From: an uncultured Alphaproteobacteria bacterium
Lineage (GTDB): Bacteria; Pseudomonadota; Alphaproteobacteria; RF32; CAG-239
Assembly (NCBI GenBank): GCA_944391505.1
Contig: CALXTV010000005.1
Span: forward strand, 5,033 to 69,032
Length of the DNA: 64,000 nucleotides
Direction of reading: 5' to 3'
Under the pieces are notes generated by a model, which made no database searches, was not told where the DNA came from, and saw nothing but the letters and a program-made list of their open reading frames with translations. Positions 62,048 through 64,000 of this stretch are shown here, piece by piece (position 1 is the stretch's first letter; every line of letters starts with the position of its first letter). The translations under genes and the position numbers were made by a program.

Positions 62048-62539
62048 ATGCGGATATTGGGACTGGATCCGAGTTTGTCGTCTACCGGCTGGGGAATTAT
62101 CGAAGTCGAGAACAACCGTGTCCGCTATGTGGCCGACGGATTTATCAAAACCGAGCCGAAGACGGATTTGACCGAACGGCTGTATACGATTTATAAAACT
62201 CTCTGTGACGTTATCGAATTTTACAAACCGGACGAGGCGGCGATTGAGCAGGTTTTTCTGAACTCGAACGCGGTATCGACGATTAAGCTCGGACAGGCGC
62301 GCGGCGTGGTTATTCTGGCTCCGGCAACTTACCGGATTCCGCTGACCGAATATGAACCGAACCAGATTAAGAAGGCGGTGGTCGGGGTCGGTCATGCCGA
62401 AAAGGGACAGGTGGAAACAATGGTAAAAATCCTGCTGCCGGGTTGTAAGCCGAAAAACAACGACTCTTCCGATGCACTGGCAGCGGCGATTTGTCACAAC
62501 AGCTTTCACGGAGCGCACAGCATCAGGGGTTTAAAATGA
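62048..62539 (+). CDS. ruvC: crossover junction endodeoxyribonuclease RuvC
   Basis: MRILGLDPSLSSTGWGIIE...; 163 aa. Confidence 0.9.
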   Translation: MRILGLDPSLSSTGWGIIEVENNRVRYVADGFIKTEPKTDLTERLYTIYKTLCDVIEFYKPDEAAIEQVFLNSNAVSTIKLGQARGVVILAPATYRIPLTEYEPNQIKKAVVGVGHAEKGQVETMVKILLPGCKPKNNDSSDALAAAICHNSFHGAHSIRGLK

Positions 62540-63219
62540 GCGTCAGGGAAAAAGCGGCGGCTGCGGTTCGGGCGTTGCTTGAAAACGAGAAATCCATGCA
62601 CGACTGGGAACACAGCAAGCGGGTTTGCCAAACAGCGCTGCGTTTATGCCGGTCGGAGAGCGGCGACGAAGAAATCGTGGCGCTGGCGGCGTTGCTTCAT
62701 GACTGCGATGATTATAAAATTTTCGGTTTTGATAATGCCGAAAAACTGACTAATGCCCGACGGATTCTGGCGGAGAGCGGTGCCGACGAAAAGACGGCTG
62801 CCGCAGTGTTGGAAATCGTGTCAAATCTGGGATACAGCAAATATTTGAGCGGTGAGCAGAAACTTGATAAAAACGGACATATCGTTCAGGATGCCGATAT
62901 GTTGGACGCGATGGGCGCCGTCGGCATCGTGCGGACAATAGTGTATAATACGGCGGCGGGCAGCGGCAGATTTTTTAATCCGGAGGTATTTCCACGTGAA
63001 AATCTGAGCCGGGAGGCTTATCAGGACAAAAGCAAAACCGGAGAAACGGCGGTTAATCATATGTTTGAGAAGCTGTTGAAGCTTAAGGGACTGATGTATA
63101 CGGAGAGCGGCCAGCGCGAAGCGGAAATCCGGCATAAGACGATGATTGCGTTTCTGGAAGCTTTTTTCCGGGAGGAAGAGCGGAGCGACTGGCTTGAATA
63201 TCTGCGGCGTTTTGCATAG
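62536..63219 (+). CDS. HD-domain phosphohydrolase
   Basis: H..HS.RV...LLHDCDD HD motif; the ATGA start overlaps the ruvC stop. Confidence 0.65.
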   Translation: MSVREKAAAAVRALLENEKSMHDWEHSKRVCQTALRLCRSESGDEEIVALAALLHDCDDYKIFGFDNAEKLTNARRILAESGADEKTAAAVLEIVSNLGYSKYLSGEQKLDKNGHIVQDADMLDAMGAVGIVRTIVYNTAAGSGRFFNPEVFPRENLSREAYQDKSKTGETAVNHMFEKLLKLKGLMYTESGQREAEIRHKTMIAFLEAFFREEERSDWLEYLRRFA

Positions 63220-63320
63220 AAAATTTGTTCTTTTTTTGTTCTTATGTCTTAAATAAAACTTGAAGAGGATTATATATTTGTATAATCTTGAGATAAATTT
63301 TTTTAACTCAGGACGGAAAC

Positions 63321-63986
63321 ATGATTGCGAAACTGCGCGGAATTATTGATACAATCGGTGAAGACTTCTGCATTGTCGACGTGAACGGGGTCGGGTATCT
63401 GGTGTTTGCTTCGGCAAAAACGCTCGGACGGCTGGCACGCGGACAGGAGGCGGCGCTGCGGATTGAAACCGTAGTGCGCGAAGACAGCATTTCGCTGTTT
63501 GGTTTTTACGATGCCTGGGAGAAAGAATGGTTCTCAACGCTGACCAAGGTTCAGGGTGTCGGCGCCAAGGTCTGTCTCAGCATTTTGTCGGCATTGTCGC
63601 CGAACCAACTGTCGCAGGCAATTGCGGCGCAGGACAAAACTTCGTTTACGCGGGCGAACGGCGTGGGGCCGAAGCTGGCGGCGCGTATTGTGACCGAGCT
63701 TAAAGACAAGATTGTAACAATTCCTTTGAGCGCAGAAACCAACGATTTTGCGAAAGGAATGGATATGGATGCAAATGAGGAAACGGCAGCTTATGAAGAT
63801 CAGTTGGAAGCGCGCGCCGCTGATCCGAATCTGATGGAAGACGCGATTTCGGCGCTGGTCAATCTCGGTTACCAGCGGCTGGAAGCATATCGTGCGGTCA
63901 ACAAGGCGATGGCTGACGGGCAGGCGCAGGACGTGTCGTCGGTTATCCGGCTGGCGCTGAAAGAATTTGCCAACAAGGAAATTTAG
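63321..63986 (+). CDS. ruvA: Holliday junction DNA helicase RuvA
   Basis: MIAKLRGIIDTIGEDFCIVDVNGVGYLV...LTKVQGVGAKV. Confidence 0.9.
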   Translation: MIAKLRGIIDTIGEDFCIVDVNGVGYLVFASAKTLGRLARGQEAALRIETVVREDSISLFGFYDAWEKEWFSTLTKVQGVGAKVCLSILSALSPNQLSQAIAAQDKTSFTRANGVGPKLAARIVTELKDKIVTIPLSAETNDFAKGMDMDANEETAAYEDQLEARAADPNLMEDAISALVNLGYQRLEAYRAVNKAMADGQAQDVSSVIRLALKEFANKEI

Positions 63987-64000
63987 CGGAAATTAAGGAT

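Overview
This looks like a chromosomal segment of a Gram-negative bacterium, most likely an alphaproteobacterium and possibly host-associated. The lineage call rests on four observations: rplU-rpmA-obgE-rsfS-rlmH synteny, a fliL-fliM-MotE-like flagellar block that lacks fliN, DUF465 small proteins, and a secreted ankyrin-repeat protein. Most of the window is housekeeping: ribosomal proteins L21/L27/S21, Obg, UvrB, PitA, Pfk, MutY, UppP, XseA/XseB, FtsY, Ldh, AcpP-FabF-MltG, Lgt, QueA, IspA, Rnd, AspS, YebC-RuvC-RuvA, and a YgiW/response-regulator/histidine-kinase module. There are three tRNAs: Leu-CAG, Gln-CUG and Thr-UGU. Scattered among these are several accessory or unusual loci, listed in roughly descending interest. 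(1) A 767-aa secreted cysteine-rich protein with two kinds of internal repeats, and a small paralog of its N-terminal module elsewhere in the window. (2) 37-bp direct repeats bracketing an AT-rich segment upstream of that gene. (3) A two-gene module beside the flagellar operon that encodes a 1025-aa Asn/Thr/Gly-rich protein with a TadE/pseudopilin-like N-terminus. (4) Two large orphan proteins next to tRNA-Leu. (5) An AT-rich ankyrin-repeat gene between a tRNA-like fragment and tRNA-Thr, next to a remnant of an aldo/keto-reductase Fe-S gene. (6) 75-bp direct repeats after tRNA-Gln. I found no CRISPR array and no intact transposase or integrase. All calls come from reading the ORF translations and the DNA by eye; I ran no database searches.
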